Source: Takakia lepidozioides
Lineage: Eukaryota > Plantae > Bryophyta
DNA length: 64,000 bases
Assembly: GCA_030704615.1 (NCBI GenBank)
Contig: CM060732.1
Location: forward strand, 44,144,001 to 44,208,000
Direction: 5' to 3'
The notes under the pieces were generated by a model. That model saw nothing but the letters and a program-made list of their open reading frames with translations. It was not told the DNA's origin and ran no database searches. Below are positions 1 to 14,112 of this stretch, one piece after another. Made by a program: the position numbers and the translations under genes. Each line of letters begins with the position of its first letter. Within the stretch, counting starts at the first letter, position 1.

Positions 1-69
1 CCGCTCAAATTCTCTCCATCTCACTCTCATTATACCGATGGCTCCCTATCCAGCTCTAACCACTACTAT

Positions 70-515
70 GTTTAGGGGGGGTTAGCGACGTCGGGACCCC
101 GGGCACACCGGACGTGACGACCCTCCTGCGATTGTAGCGCCGCGCAGGCGCCCGACCCGGAAATTGCGACGTCGGCCTGTCGCCGCCGCGCCGGTGACGC
201 TTCGCCTGCTTGCCATTCCGCCACGTCGCTGCTGTTGGGGCATGACCCGCCAGCGAGCTGGGGGTTGCGACGCCCGGGCGTCGCACGTACCCTTTGCGAC
301 GCTCCCGCAAGGCTGGACTACCGAAAATTGCAACAACATCCCCTCACACTTAGGCGCGTGGGGAGGGCCGAGCCAGCTCGCGCTGGGGTTTGCGACGTCC
401 AGACGTCGCCGCAATGCCACAATGGCGAGGTTGCGATTCCTTAGCAGTGGCAGGCCTGTTGGGGCGTCACAAGTGCCCTCTTGCCTAGGGGTCTAGGATT
501 GGGGATTGCTGCTAC
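70..515. mobile_element. GC-rich probable non-autonomous DNA transposon remnant
   Basis: Very GC-rich block with recurrent GCGACG/CGTCGC motifs, ending in GGATTGGGGATTGCT, which resembles a degenerate Tourist/PIF TIR; no credible ORF. Confidence 0.3.
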
Positions 516-2009
516 GTAATAAAAAAAAAATTGCCGTGTTTTGTTCGGTGAATTCGACCCTTGCACCACTACATCCGTGCAAAATATTAGTCCACTTAGC
601 CAAGTGAAAACATTCTAGAGTGGAGAGAAGTGCCTCTTGTTTGTCGTGCACCTAAGCATCGTGCCACAACATACATCGTTGTCCACCATACATTCTAAGC
701 ACACAATCCTAGAAAGCTATGCCACAAGATGAGCCCTCCTCAACCCTCACAAGGGGAAAACCCATCCCCATGTCCTAAGTGAGGCTTGACACCTCACTTG
801 GCATATGAGACCAAATGAAGTCCCAACACACAAAATATAAATATAAATATCTAAAATGTCATAGTTAACTAGAAGTAGGTAATTCTAGTTAACCATGACT
901 AAAACGGCCTTGGGGTTATTGATCCTAATGCACAAGTTCTGGCTTTGCTTGCGCAGCACATCTCCTCGCCATGGAGCTTACTTGTCAGACAACATATCAT
1001 CAACTTTGTTAATCCTTCGTCTTCTAATCTTTGGCCGCCATCTTTGAAATGGATAGTTCAAGGGACCCCCTAGCTCCGGGACAGTAAGGCATGGCTTTAG
1101 GGCTTGGCAATCCATTTGGGATGTCTGGCCTCGCATGAGGCCCCATCTCTCACAAAAATTTCCTTCTAATGCTGATGAAGCTCTGCGGCAACCCCTATAA
1201 TTCACTAACTGTACAACATTGATTCAGATCTGCTACTACAGTGTGCCAGATGTTGGAGTCAGCAGGAGAATGGTAGTATTTCTGATCATCTCTCCCACAT
1301 CTGGGAAAATGGCATCCCCCTCCCAAAGACTATTGCCACCACCGGTCTTTCCAACCGCGCAGCTGATGCTACTTGGAACTTGATTGTGGAGGAAATTCCC
1401 ATTTCCTGGATTTTGTTGACATCTCTGACTCCATGTCAACCAAATTGCACTTTATGCTTGGCTAGGTCATTTAAGTGATCACTCTTGCTTTGCTTTCTTA
1501 GCGCTTCACGGTAGACTGCATGAGTTCAATATCTTGCAAGGGAAATTCAAGGTCGATTAGATAGGATCTGTTCACTCTCCTTGCAGGAGCGAAATGTCTA
1601 TTTTGGACCTCCTCTTAATTAGAGTTATTTGCCTTTCATCGAGGCAAGTGGATCCCCTTCCGCCGATGTGCATTTTACAGTATACTGATATTTTTCGTTG
1701 GTTTCTGAGAGCTTCATTAAAATTGCTTCAATTTGATCCCGGGGAATGGCTTTGGATGATTAAAAAACATGACCCTTTTTTCGGGTATACTGTGAAACTT
1801 GGTTACTCTCTACTGATTCCTACTAACTCCATGGATAGGAAATGCTTTTATAAATGGAGATATCTAGAGGGGGGAATGCTAGAGTGTGAGCCTAGCCACA
1901 TGAGCCTAGGAGTCTGTGAGCCCAAGAGCCTGACGTGAGCTCAGTCCACGTGGCACGAGAATGGGGGAAGATGCAGGGTGTATTTCCACGGATGAGCACC
2001 CATCACCGC

Positions 2010-2322
2010 GCAAACACGGCAAACATGGCAAATCGGCAAATACGGCAAACCCTTACCCTAACCCTTAGCGAACTGCCATGTTCGTGCAGGGAAATAGGTT
2101 GGGGGTTAAGCTGGCGTCATTACCGCGGAAACATGGCAAACCCTAACCCCTAACCCTAACCCTTAGCAAACTGCCATGTTCGTGCAGGGAAACAGGTTGG
2201 GAATTAAGCTAACGGCATTACCGCGGAAACACTGCAAATCGGAACCCCAAATCCTAACCCTAACCCTTAGCGAACTACCATGTTCGTGCAGGGAAACAGG
2301 GCTGGGAATTAAGCGGGCGTCA
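2010..2322. repeat. About 3 tandem copies of a ~100-115 bp unit containing CCCTAA telomere-like motifs
   Basis: Core 'cccttagc(g/a)aact(g/a)ccatgttcgtgcagggaaa..gg...ttaagc' recurs near 2062, 2160 and 2264, each preceded by ccctaa/cccta runs. Confidence 0.85.
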
Positions 2323-2404
2323 GACACATGAGAATTCAATAAATAAATAAATAAATAAAGGGAAAATATATTATTATTATTATTTTCCCGGCAATTGGGT
2401 AGAT

Positions 2405-2598
2405 GTCATCGATGATCATCATGAAATCATGATTATGAAGAAATTGAGTGCGTTGACGCACTCAGTTCTCCGCGGGGGTGGGTGGGTAAAAAAAAAAAAA
2501 AAAAACAAGATCCCCCTTCCCCTCCCCCGGTGGAGAACTGAGTGCGTCAATGCGCTCAATTTCTTCATGATCATGATTTCATGATGATCATCGACGAC
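2405..2598. repeat. Long inverted repeat / foldback (MITE- or hairpin-like)
   Basis: 2405-2471 is the reverse complement of 2532-2598 (about 67 bp, 4 transition mismatches); G-rich/C-rich inner stem and poly-A loop. Confidence 0.9.
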
Positions 2599-2609
2599 AG
2601 TGTTGTGCA

Positions 2610-2830
2610 GGTCCGGATTTTGACCCCGAGTACCCGGCGGGTTAGGGTCTGGGTTACGTATCCGGATCCGGACCCGTGCCATCACCAAAAACTCGGACCC
2701 TAACCCGGGTTCATTTTTAAAATGAACTCGGAACCGGACCTAGACCCGCTAGCTAGGTCCAAAACTCGTTAAACCCGCTACTCACGGATCAGAGTAAGTA
2801 TAGCCAATTGGTATAGCCATCTTCCCTAGT
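2610..2830. mobile_element. hAT-like MITE end with ACCCG/CGGGT subterminal repeats
   Basis: Many ACCCG/CCGGA motifs, an internal palindrome ccgggttcatttttaaaatgaactcgg, and an end (gccatcttcccta) resembling the plant hAT-MITE TIR ...GCCATCCCTA. Confidence 0.45.
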
Positions 2831-3213
2831 TCACTTTCTAGAGAGTTCTACTTTCTAGATAGAAGCAACTCACTAGTGGGTGTGGCTGGTGCAGGAGTAT
2901 AGTGTAGAAACACCTAAATGTGAGCGCGACCTTGAACGGACCCCTATTTTTGCATATAAAGGTGACTACAGAGGTCCTTGAATGGATGGACAGAATCCAG
3001 TGGTTTATTTAAGGTCTACCAATGGCCAGAATTGACTACAGATAGGGTGGTTTACAACTCAATGTGTATACATCCATGTACTTACTGGATTTGTAACTAC
3101 ACAATTATTAACAAATCAAATAGATTACTGTAATCATGATTTGCACTTAATTAATCACCTAAAGAGCAGGCATAGGCCAGATTTGGGGCAGATTTTGTTT
3201 CAAAATACCATGA

Positions 3214-3274
3214 GGGCTGCTCCATTTAAACACAATGGCTGCTCCATTTAAATAGAATGGCTGCTCCATTTAAA
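3214..3274. repeat. 22-bp minisatellite x3
   Basis: ggctgctccatttaaa repeated three times at 22-bp spacing. Confidence 0.85.
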
Positions 3275-4074
3275 ATGGACCCGCTAACCATTCAAAGTTT
3301 CAAACTCTAACACCAAGTATAAACACGGGGCCACATGTGCAAGAGGCCCAGCGTGCAATCCATAAAAGTTCCAGGACGGAAGCAATTTAGATATTTTCAG
3401 ATATGGCAGGGATATTAAGACTTGTTTTGGATGCATGCATGGATAAGCACTGGACTTAGGGCAGTTTAGTTTTCATTTACTCGGGCATGTTTTCACACAC
3501 TATCTTGGGTCAGCATAGGCCACTTGATGCTCCTTTTTAGGTGCATTAATGTTTTGACTTTGGATACATAGAGTACCCTACAGGGAGCAGGCCACCTCAT
3601 GGATAATGAATATGTCCTTCCTAATTTGCTTTATAGGGGTGCCTTTTTGGATGCACAACTTGTGCACCTTGGGCAGTTTCAGGCTTTACATTAGTTATTT
3701 TTTGGGTTCACAATAGTTGGGTCAACCGCTCACATATATGAAGTTGTTAAGTATCACGTTGAGAATTAATATCAATTCATGGTTATGGTCAAAAAATTTG
3801 TAATTGATAGGAGGACCTTGTCCTTGATAAGAGAACCTAGTTCCCTCTTCGCCTCTTGCATTTGTTGCAAACAACAAGGACTGTCAGCCACACATTTAGG
3901 TGTTACTACCTTATAGAAACAGTGACCAGAGAAGGTTGGGGCTTGGTGAGAGTGGGGCCAGGTGGGATCGTGACTTGGGGCTCGTCTTCAAGGTGGAGCG
4001 CTTGGGTCTGGTGGAGGGTGGGACCAGCTGCGTGAAGTGTTTGGGGGTGGGAGTGCTTGGGGTTGACGAAGGTC

Positions 4075-4480
4075 CATTAAAGCCTCTCCACCACCAGTGA
4101 ATGTTAAAAGTCTACGGAGATTCCTTGGGCAAACCAGTTATTACAGGAGATTTGTCAAAAGGTATGCACAAATAGCAGCACCATTGAGCAAACTACTGAA
4201 GAAAGATGCAGTGTTTGCCTGGACAGCTGAATGTCAACAGGCATTTGAGGAACTTACACTGTCAGTAACAACTACACCTGTGCTGATTAACCCTCACTGG
4301 CATGTAGTATTCCATGTTCACTGCGATGCATCACGAGAAGCGTTGGGAGCGGTGTTAGCCCAGAATGTTACAGGGAATATAGATTCACCTGTGTACTATG
4401 CTAGCCGGTTGATGAACAGTGCTGAGAGGAACTATAGCACAACGGAAAGAGAAGCATTGGCAATGATCTATGCAGTGAAG
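4075..4480 (+). mobile_element. Ty3/gypsy pol fragment (RT C-terminus / RNase H)
   Basis: LRRFLGQTSYYRRFVKRYAQIAAPLSKLLKKD...WTAECQQAF...HCDASREALGAVLAQ...YYASRLMNSAERNYSTTEREALAMIYAVK. Confidence 0.92.
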
Positions 4481-4599
4481 GGCTGGGGGAATTGGGATCG
4501 TCGTGCTTCTAAAGGGGACTCAATATTGCCGTGTTTGTCGTGTTTGGAAGTTTTGCTGTGTTCACCCATTCTTCCAAAATATACGCTTTCACGATAATA

Positions 4600-5640
4600 T
4601 GACCCCCTCTAAACCCTGTCCTCAGTTATAGGACCTGCTTCTCCCTCCTCTAAACCCTGGGCTCACGCTTAGAGGACAAAGCGTGAGCCCAGCTCCTGGG
4701 CTCATTGGTCTAGATGCTAGTCCAACCTCTTGGAAATCCACCTGGATTGATGTATGGTGGAAAGACCAGGCTGCTAAGATCTGCAGATTCATGTGGAGAA
4801 TAACACGATTCTCCCTGTCACCCCTTTCTCTTCTGACTCTGTTACGACTTGCCATTTTTGCTCTGCTTAGCTCAAGGAAATATTGGAACACTTACTTGTT
4901 TCTTCCCCATTTGTTTCTGCAATTTGGGATAGAGTTGTTTCTTTTTCAGGTCTTGGGGAAGGGACTTTCCTGGGCTCCCCGCTCTCATCCTTCTCAATTT
5001 TCATAACGACATTATCTGGTCAGTATGGCAGCGCTCCGTGCTCATGTCTTGTGGGAACTTTGGAAAGCTCGTTGCTGCTCTTTGTTTGACAGTGTGTTGC
5101 CAAATGCTAGAGTGATTTTTTTTAGAGCTCACTCAGACTTACAGTTTGAGCTCGGAAAGCATGAGAGGTGTTGGTTGCTGCTTTTCACAGAAGCACAGAA
5201 GGCATGAGACAACAGTTACTCGTTCGCTTTGAGCTGCTCCAAAGTTGCCGAATTGTGAGTTACGTGGAACAACTCCTTGCTTGCTTGCTAGGAGTTCGTA
5301 TAGTGCGAAGCACTCCCTGATGGATGGTGATGAGTCAGAGGTCAATTGACGCCACAGACAAAGCTTTAGAAAGGCTAGGTCTAGAATCCATCTTTTTTTC
5401 GAGACTGGCAAGACTAAGCGTGGTAGTTGCTAGTTTGTTTTCTTTCTTTGTCCACCAGCTTTTCTGGTAGGACCTGTTTTTGGAACTCTGACTGAGAGCA
5501 GTCCCTCGTCTGTTAGTCTCCATGGCTCCCCGCAAAGGTTATTTTTTCCTTGCTTGTCCACCTTTGCCATCATCAATAAACTTCCAGGGCCTATGTCCCC
5601 TGTTTTCTTTAAAAAAAACTAAAAAATAGAAAAAAAAAGT
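4600..5640 (+). mobile_element. Degenerate L1-type LINE 3' end (zf-RVT region) with poly-A tail
   Basis: Frameshifted pieces 'W..VWWKDQAAKICRFMWRI', 'EHL..S.PFVSAIW', 'LWELWKARC'; A-rich tail at 5610-5639; same architecture as the element at 62-63.6 kb. Confidence 0.75.
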
Positions 5641-5641
5641 T

Positions 5642-5706
5642 CATGCAAAGAGAGAAGACTTTGGCCGAACCGGCGTAACTAAGAGCCATTTCGCCTTGCG
5701 GCTACT
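5642..5706 (+). repeat. Dispersed short repeat, copy 1 (GTAACTAAGAGCCA core)
   Basis: Matches 14113-14145 (+) and the reverse complement of 50892-50960. Confidence 0.75.
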
Positions 5707-5941
5707 GTTCATGCACTAAAAGTTATATATCTGGATACCTCCACAGGTGCATCCTGTAAATTGGGGTTTAACTGGTGGAGGTAAATCCTTCAGGTTAGGT
5801 GTTTTCTGTTGAAGACTTTCCATGTTTTGGACTAGGGTTTCTAGGTGCAGGGTTAAAGCAAAGAATCCTATAACAGGGGAGTGTTGAAGCTCGCAGGTGG
5901 GTTGGCAAGGAAGTACACACAGGCAAGGAGAGGAGGCAGCG

Positions 5942-7589
5942 ATGGAGACCGTGTTTGGGCTTGTGGGAGATGGGTTTGCTCTAGTAGTGTCGGACACATC
6001 CGCGGTGCAGAGCATAGTGGTGCAGAAAACTGATGAAGACAAAATCATGTTGTTGGACTCCCACAAACTCCTGGGTTGTACAGGCGAGAGCGGAGACAGG
6101 TACTCTCCTTGTCTTTTCGAGAAGAACATCGTGATCCAAGGACTCTTATCTTCGTCATATCTGCTCTAAGATTTCAATTCACTGCATTGTATTGAGGTAT
6201 TGAGCCTAGGATATTTTTTCAGAGATTAGATTATCCTCGCCAGTTGTGGAGATAAATGGTGACTTCGGTACAGCGCATGTGATACGGATGCACTTGCAGG
6301 GTGCAGTTTTCAGAATTTATTCAAAAGAACATTCAGTTGTACCGCTTCCACAACGGCACCCCACTCTCAACCTTTGCAGCTGCGAATTTCACTCGGGGCG
6401 AGCTTGCAACAGCGCTGCGCAAGGTGCAGTTCCCTCTCAAAGGATCTCTCCGTACAGATCTGTTTTCATGTTGTTAATAATACGCCCTAACTCTATGTTC
6501 TTCCTTGTTTGTCACGGGAAAGTTATTTCGTAGCACAGGATTGTCACCCCACCATTGGTGTAGTTCCACAAGTGTGTGGGAAATCAGGTAATCCATCTTT
6601 GGAAATGAACGTGTCTCCATAGGGGAAGCTCAGATGGGACCCGTATAGTATTATGTGTGCGTATGGAATGGGCTTTGACACTTTTGGGGATTGATACCAA
6701 CAGAGCCCATATCAAGTGAATATGATGCTGGCGGGCTTTGATAAGGATGAGGGGGCGTCCCTCTATTACTTGGACTACATTGCAACTCTTCATAAGCTGG
6801 AGAAGGGTGCCCTGGGTTATGGTGAGTGAATGTTTTTCAGTGTTTCTGATGTACTGTAATGTCAAATTCTGGCACTTCCTTTTTCAGGGGTTTTGTTGCT
6901 TTTTATCGTTCTTCTGCCTCTCATGCCTTGATTTCTTGAAAGGTGTGGAAACCATTTGGACCAGCGGCTTCCAACAGGTGATTGGATCTCTATGGCTTTG
7001 TATGTGATCCTGAGGTTAATTTCCATAGGCCACTATATGGTCCAGCCAGCTGCTGTGGGTTTCACCCCTTCCCAACATGCTGATTTTATAAAACCTTCCC
7101 AACATTCAGGTTTCTCTTCTTTGCTTTCCAGTTTGTGATTCTTATTATTTTGACCTCTGTGGATGATGTCTCTTCTGATAGGGTAGTTTGGCTTTGTGCC
7201 ACATGCGCACTTGTTTTCCAAAATCATTGAAGTTTTAGTTCAAACTTATTTCTCATTTGCTTTAGTGGACTTTCTCTAAATCTACCACTCCTAGATGCTG
7301 ATATCACGTTCCTTTAATGATCTGTTGCTGCTTCACAGGTGGATACTTCATTCTTTCGCTGATGGACAAATACTATCAGAAGAACATGTCAATCGAGCAA
7401 GCGTTGGAGTTGGTGGATAAGTGCATTGGCGAGGTGAGAGCCAGATTGGTTGTTTCACCTCCCAATTTTGTGGTTAAGATAGTTGACAAGGATGGTGCAC
7501 GAGAGCTTGTTTGGCGGAAAACTGTCGAAGAAAACACTGGCCCAAGTGAAATACCACCTGCGAGAGGCACTATTACAGTGGAGGGTTAG
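5942..7589 (+). CDS. PBD: 20S proteasome subunit beta type-2 (beta-4)
   Basis: 4 exons (about 5942-6099, 6300-6423, 6704-6821, 7339-7589) with GT-AG introns; [18 protein letters not shown]...[16 protein letters not shown]...[19 protein letters not shown]...[10 protein letters not shown]...[11 protein letters not shown]. Confidence 0.96.
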
Positions 7590-9020
7590 AGTGACCAGCA
7601 TGGCTTTGTTATTTTGTTGCCATCGCTGAAACCCAAAGTCGAATTATAGCAGAGAGTCAGGGGAGATGCAAAAACTTGTAAGGATACGAGTTATCCTTTG
7701 AGGCCAATTTTACGCTTTACAGCACAACATTGGACTCTTGCAGGCTAGGGACACCAATACTTTGCACAGATTGTTTATGAGGCCTATCATGCCTGCCACG
7801 ACTAGAGAGTATCTAACTGAGCATCTGAGCTACCAACTTACTGCCCTGCATTCTTGAGTCAAGTCGTTAGTTACTGGAAGGCATGTGCTGGTCAGAGCTT
7901 GGCCCAAATGGAGAAACTGCACCCTTAAATTGGAAGACACTAGTCCGCTCAAAATTGTGAATCTCATCTTGTTTGCATGACCTGCAGAGGTAGAGTGCAC
8001 ATGTACTAAGAAAATTTGTGCTGTTAATCCATTCAGTGCTGAATCAAACACGAGAATGGTTTCAAGTGATGCAATGTGAGTCCTAAGACAGTTCAACCAA
8101 TCCTACGATGGATTTTTCACCAGCTCTGTAGAAGTACAGTTGAGGAAATTTCAGGCTCAGTTTCTGCTCCTTCCCATGATTAATTGAAAAGTTTCAGTAG
8201 GGATTATCGGAGTGGAGTATGCCTCAAGGATGGGAGGGATGGTCAGTAGGGTTATCCCTATTTTCACACTCTGTTGTTCAGCCTGGGCAATTCACTAGCT
8301 GCATGTCCAAACCAAACTACAAGCAAGCCAAAAGATACCCCAAGTCTACTTCGTGTACGAGTACCTGAACAACAGATTTTTCTTTCTACCTTACAAAAAA
8401 TAGCATCATCTGCGAGTGGGAGAAGCTGTGGAAAAAGTCAGCGTATATCACACTTCCAAGCTCATCTGCAAACTCGGTCTACACCAGAATCACTTTCAAA
8501 GTAACTTCGGCATGAGGGGAATCTCATACTAAGTGCAGAATTACAAGTACAGCTACCCCATTTGTCACAATAAGCCTTAGATTCAAAGTCTCAATGTTTC
8601 TATGACAGGCTAATGTTAAGCTTTCTCTGATGAGTTGAGCCTGCAGTTGAAGCCACTACTCTGCAGCAATACAAAGCTAGCAAGAGTTCATTCTGACTGT
8701 CTGTAGTTTAGGCACAGGTGAAAATGGGAGACGTCCTTATCGCACCAAGTATCTTGACTGTATTCATCTCTCTCCCTGCCCTCAGAAGAGGCGTCATAGA
8801 TGGATAGATTTGTGGGTGGAATGAAGAAACGGAGGTCGATGGTAGGATGAAACGATGGGCTCTCCCCCAAACCTCGGAAGCATGTATTCCTTCCCATCTC
8901 CGTCCAGATATGCAAGGACTCGGGTTTCATGACATGCCACTTTGAGGTTCTTGCGAATTTTCAACTATGATTGTGGGTCTAAATGCTCGAAGGGGATTTT
9001 GATGAACTGAAGGTACTAGA

Positions 9021-9936
9021 ATGGATTTTTTATCTCGGGGTGACGAGGGAAGAGAGTTAATTGGTATGAGGATAGCTAGTGCGGACATAATTGATGAAGA
9101 AATCAATGTCGGAACTACCACCAGTGAGATGGCCGATGCGTCGGAGGAAGACAATTCGAGTGTAACATCCGTGCTTTGTGAAATTGGTGAGGCGGTGGAT
9201 GCTCACAACTCATTATACTTTGTGGAAGAATCAGGGCTGCCAGTGCCAACATGGACGTTCGGGGGACGCAAAGGGGAGGAATGTCTCGGGGCCAATATTG
9301 CCTACAAAACTCTCTATGAAGGCAACCATGTCGGGTCTCTAGCGGCTTTCGAGGAACAGAGAGGAATTTTTTCTAGTGGAGGTAGTATGGGAGCCTATAA
9401 GATTCTTTATCAAGCTCACGAGGAAGTTGGGGCGTCTCTACCCTTAGAAGAAGATATTAGAGGGAGATATGGGCACGAAACCCCGAATCATCTTGGACAC
9501 GAATTGGAAAACACACAGACTGGTCCAGTCAAACGGCTTCACAAAGAAGAAGATGCTCAATTGACAGTAACAGAGGGTGAGGAGGGTGGGTTGATGCTTC
9601 CGAGAAGGACAGGGACGATCGCGCAGCAGCGTGTCTTGCAAAGTTGAATTTGTGGAAGAATGGGGGCTACCAGTTCCAACATGGACTTTTGGTGGGAAGG
9701 AAGGGTACAAAAGTACTGCTCCTGCCAACGGCGACAATACCCTTCGTACTGGAGGTGAGCAAGGCCTTTTGACAACCCTCGTAAAAAAGAGAGACAAAGA
9801 TATATGCAGAAGCGACCCTCACGCTGCCTCTCTGTCAGAAAGAAACGAAAACGACACACAGACTAAAGCGTTGACACTAGAGGATGAAGCAGCTGTGGGC
9901 CAAGTGATGTGGACGATGGTTTTGAGTCTAGAGTGA
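9021..9936 (+). other. Unidentified frameshifted ORF pair with an internally duplicated motif
   Basis: 208-aa and 101-aa ORFs share FVEE(S/W)GLPVPTWTFGG; no family recognised. Confidence 0.3.
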
Positions 9937-11299
9937 TGCAAGGGAAAACTGCTTGGGGGCATCTATCACATTCTGGACAATGTGGGAAGCCTACCAATTC
10001 GCAAACAAAATGCAGATATATAATAATAGAAGTTTGGCATCGACTCTCAAAGAAATGAGGGTCGCAAATGTCTATGACATAGCAGGGACATCTAGAAGAA
10101 ATTGGGGGAACTTGGAAGGAGGTTAAGAATGTGCTCTGGTAGTGTTCTGGTGATGAATGAGGCGAGAGAGTGGACCCTTACAAATATGGAATGTTCGAGC
10201 TTGCAATTGACAAACAAACAGGCTTATGTTGTGTCAGCTAGCACGAGGATTTATGGACGAAAGGCTAGGAGGGTCTTCTCTCGATGGAGGTCATGGATTA
10301 AAGAGAGTGTTAGGGGATCAATGTATGAAATCGGCCACCAGAACGGTAAAGGATACCTGGGGATCCAAGAGAAAAGGAGATGGGGAAAGAGAGACCCACG
10401 AGAAGTGCCCTCCAAAACATCGGTACTAGCCATGCAATGTGATACCCAGGATCATCTGCCCCTATCTTACAGTGCCAGCAATAAACCTCCAATAACAAAG
10501 CGCATCCACACAAGTCCACAATGCAGATGCTAACCTGTAGACTAAGGTAAAACTGGCCAAGATGGCAATCTCCATCCAAGGCAGCAAAGCCAAAGATACC
10601 AAAGAGAACGAAACCACTAACGTCCCCAAGGCAAGGCACCCACCCCACGATGAACAAAGAGGAAATCAGAAATCCAACCTTAGGCTCTTCCCTTAAATGG
10701 CGTTTTTCATATGGTTTACTTGTTTCGTAAAGAATTCAGAGGAAACTATTTGCCTCCCAACATTTAGAGCTGTGTTCCATCAGCCTTCACTGTGACTCTT
10801 AAACGTGGTCAGCATCAGGTGTTATAGCTTCAGATGGTAGCAACAGCACAGCAATTCAGTAATTTCTCAGCTAGTTTTGTTGAAGTTGAGGACCTCATTA
10901 AACTGAGAAAGCACAATGTTAGTGTGCAGAAGTTGAACTTGGACCAGCACATCACTCATACCTTCCGGTTCAACATGATCTGCTGCTCTCAGAAAATTTT
11001 GCCTCCCTATCAACAACTTACCAACAAGCAAACAGCAGGGTCCAAGAGTTTAGTCTTGAATCTGACACAGTAATTCATATCTTGGGTATGCAGCAACTTA
11101 CGTAAAAGACTTGGGTTTGCAGGTCCTCAAATCTTGGGCTGATGCTCATGGCAGCTCAATGAGAGGAATGGTACTACTCCCAAGCTTGATGAGATATCAA
11201 AATAGGTTGAGCATCATAGGGAGGAGGGAGAGAGAGCTGCAGCAGTGAATTTTGATGATACCTAAGAAAGTGTATATGTATTAAGAGTACATTTTCTGT

Positions 11300-11373
11300 A
11301 GGGTGAGGCCCGAGGTGGGGGGCCTTCCTGAGGCCCTGAGTTTTAGGAAGGCCCTGTCCCAGGGCCTCACCCT
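11300..11373. repeat. ~75-nt GC-rich stem-loop
   Basis: AGGGTGAGGCCC/GGGCCTCACCCT (12 bp perfect) enclosing GGGCCTTCCT/AGGAAGGCCC (10 bp perfect). Confidence 0.8.
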
Positions 11374-12294
11374 GGGTGAAGAAACAGCAAGGATTTCGCC
11401 TTCCGGAAATTTCCACCCCATAAGGTGCCATCCTCTCTAACTAAGAAATCCTGGCAGGGTCTTTCCGCGAAGACAGCATGATGTTAACAGAAAACAATAG
11501 CAATTCTGTAAGAACTTAATGCAAGTGTGCGATCTCTGAAAGAACCATCAGAGCTGCAGTGGTTAACTACGCACAGTGCTTAACTACGCACATCATCATC
11601 ATGGGTTATGTGCAGTTAGGTTCCTTTGAGTTACTTCCAATCTCCAGCACACTTTTCAAAGACTAACTATGTACTGCAATTTCCTCAAGACCCATCCAGA
11701 CTAACAAATCTTTTCAAAAGAAACCTAGTTGAAGATGAGAGACCATGACTTCTGACTTCTCATGTACAGGAGATCTCATTGAAAGGAGACTGCATGAAGT
11801 CTGAAAGCTAACCCTGGACAGTGTCTCATAGAGCTGTGGGTCGGAGTCTGGTTCTGTGTCTTGATTTTTCATTCTTTTTAATCTCACTCCTTTCTAACCT
11901 GAGCAGCTCTTCACAACAAATTTGAGCCATTTTGGGGGTGGGGAAGCCGGATGCCACCAAAGAAGAGATGAAACATATTTGACAAGAACGCTGTCCTGCT
12001 ATCGAGAGAGATGCATCAGTCTTGACAATCCTGCAATTTGTAGACCAAGAATGAGTGTCGCTGCTTTAAAAGCCAAAGTTACAGACACTTCTCCTTGCAT
12101 TATTGAGCCCAATGTACGCGAAGAAGTCTACTGCCAAGTGCATCCCTTTTTGTGTTTTTTGCGATCTGTTGAATCAACACCCCTCCACTACCGTTGTATC
12201 CCTTTGTAACGAAACAAAGGGTGATACATACCGGCGAAATTGGAAGAAGTGATCATCTAGAAAATACACAGTCCAGTCTGGCAAGAAGGGACTC

Positions 12295-13320
<1,026 letters not shown>

Positions 13321-14112
13321 TCACCAAACTAGAGGGTGCGCAGGAGTGTCCACATGCTTATCTTGCGAGGATACCAAAGCAGAGGAGGGCCTGCTCTCAT
13401 CGCTCCCACACTTCCCACACGCAACCCTCTTCTGCTGCCTCGATGGCCCAGATTGCCCAATCTGCTCTCATGGACGGCCACCAGGCTTTGGCTGACCGGT
13501 ACTGTATGGACCTGTCCTGATGAGTGGACTTCCTTCCTTCCTACCCCACCCCCCATGCAACCCTCACACCCAGAGTGACTCTGGGCCAGATTGTTCTAAG
13601 GTGGGGGAAGCTTGGCAAGCTTCCCTGAAAACTGTGGAGGCCCAAAACAGTTGGCCATCTTTCAATTCCTTGATGCTGGTCTTTGGCATTTGTGGGATAG
13701 AAGTGATGAGCTCTGAGTGGACAAGATCCAAAGAGGTTTGGGGGTCAGGATGAGCTTGGCGTCTACAGCCTAATGAGACTTTGGGGGGGCCTTTTGGGAG
13801 AAGCTTATACAGAATCATGTTTGACATGTGCTTTCTGTTTGAGAAGCTAGAGAAGTTACAAACTCTCATTACCCTTGCAGATCCACCAGGAGGTTTGTTC
13901 TCATTCCAACAAAGATTACTTACAGTAGGCAGGACCTTCTGAAACTTTGGGTGCATGGAACTTGTCTTAGAGGCTGAGTGAACTGGAGAATTGCAGGTGA
14001 ACTGAAAATGTTTAGGGATTGTGATGTCCAAGGCAATGTACAGCTCACTTGCCTCTCGGCCTTGTTGCAAAGATGTCCAAGGAACATGTTGATGCCAAGC
14101 TCCATACGAAGC

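Noticed and set aside
2010-2322. CRISPR-like array
   Set aside because: Eukaryotic context; units are whole tandem copies without unique spacers
8627-8680. Hammerhead-like CTGATGAG core (also near 13517 and 43613)
   Set aside because: No correctly placed GAAA and stems
11478-11539. C/D box snoRNA candidate (ATGATG...CTGA)
   Set aside because: Imperfect C box, no terminal stem and no recognisable rRNA guide
13564-14070. 168-aa ORF upstream of TPI
   Set aside because: Non-ATG start, no motifs; probably decayed repeat sequence
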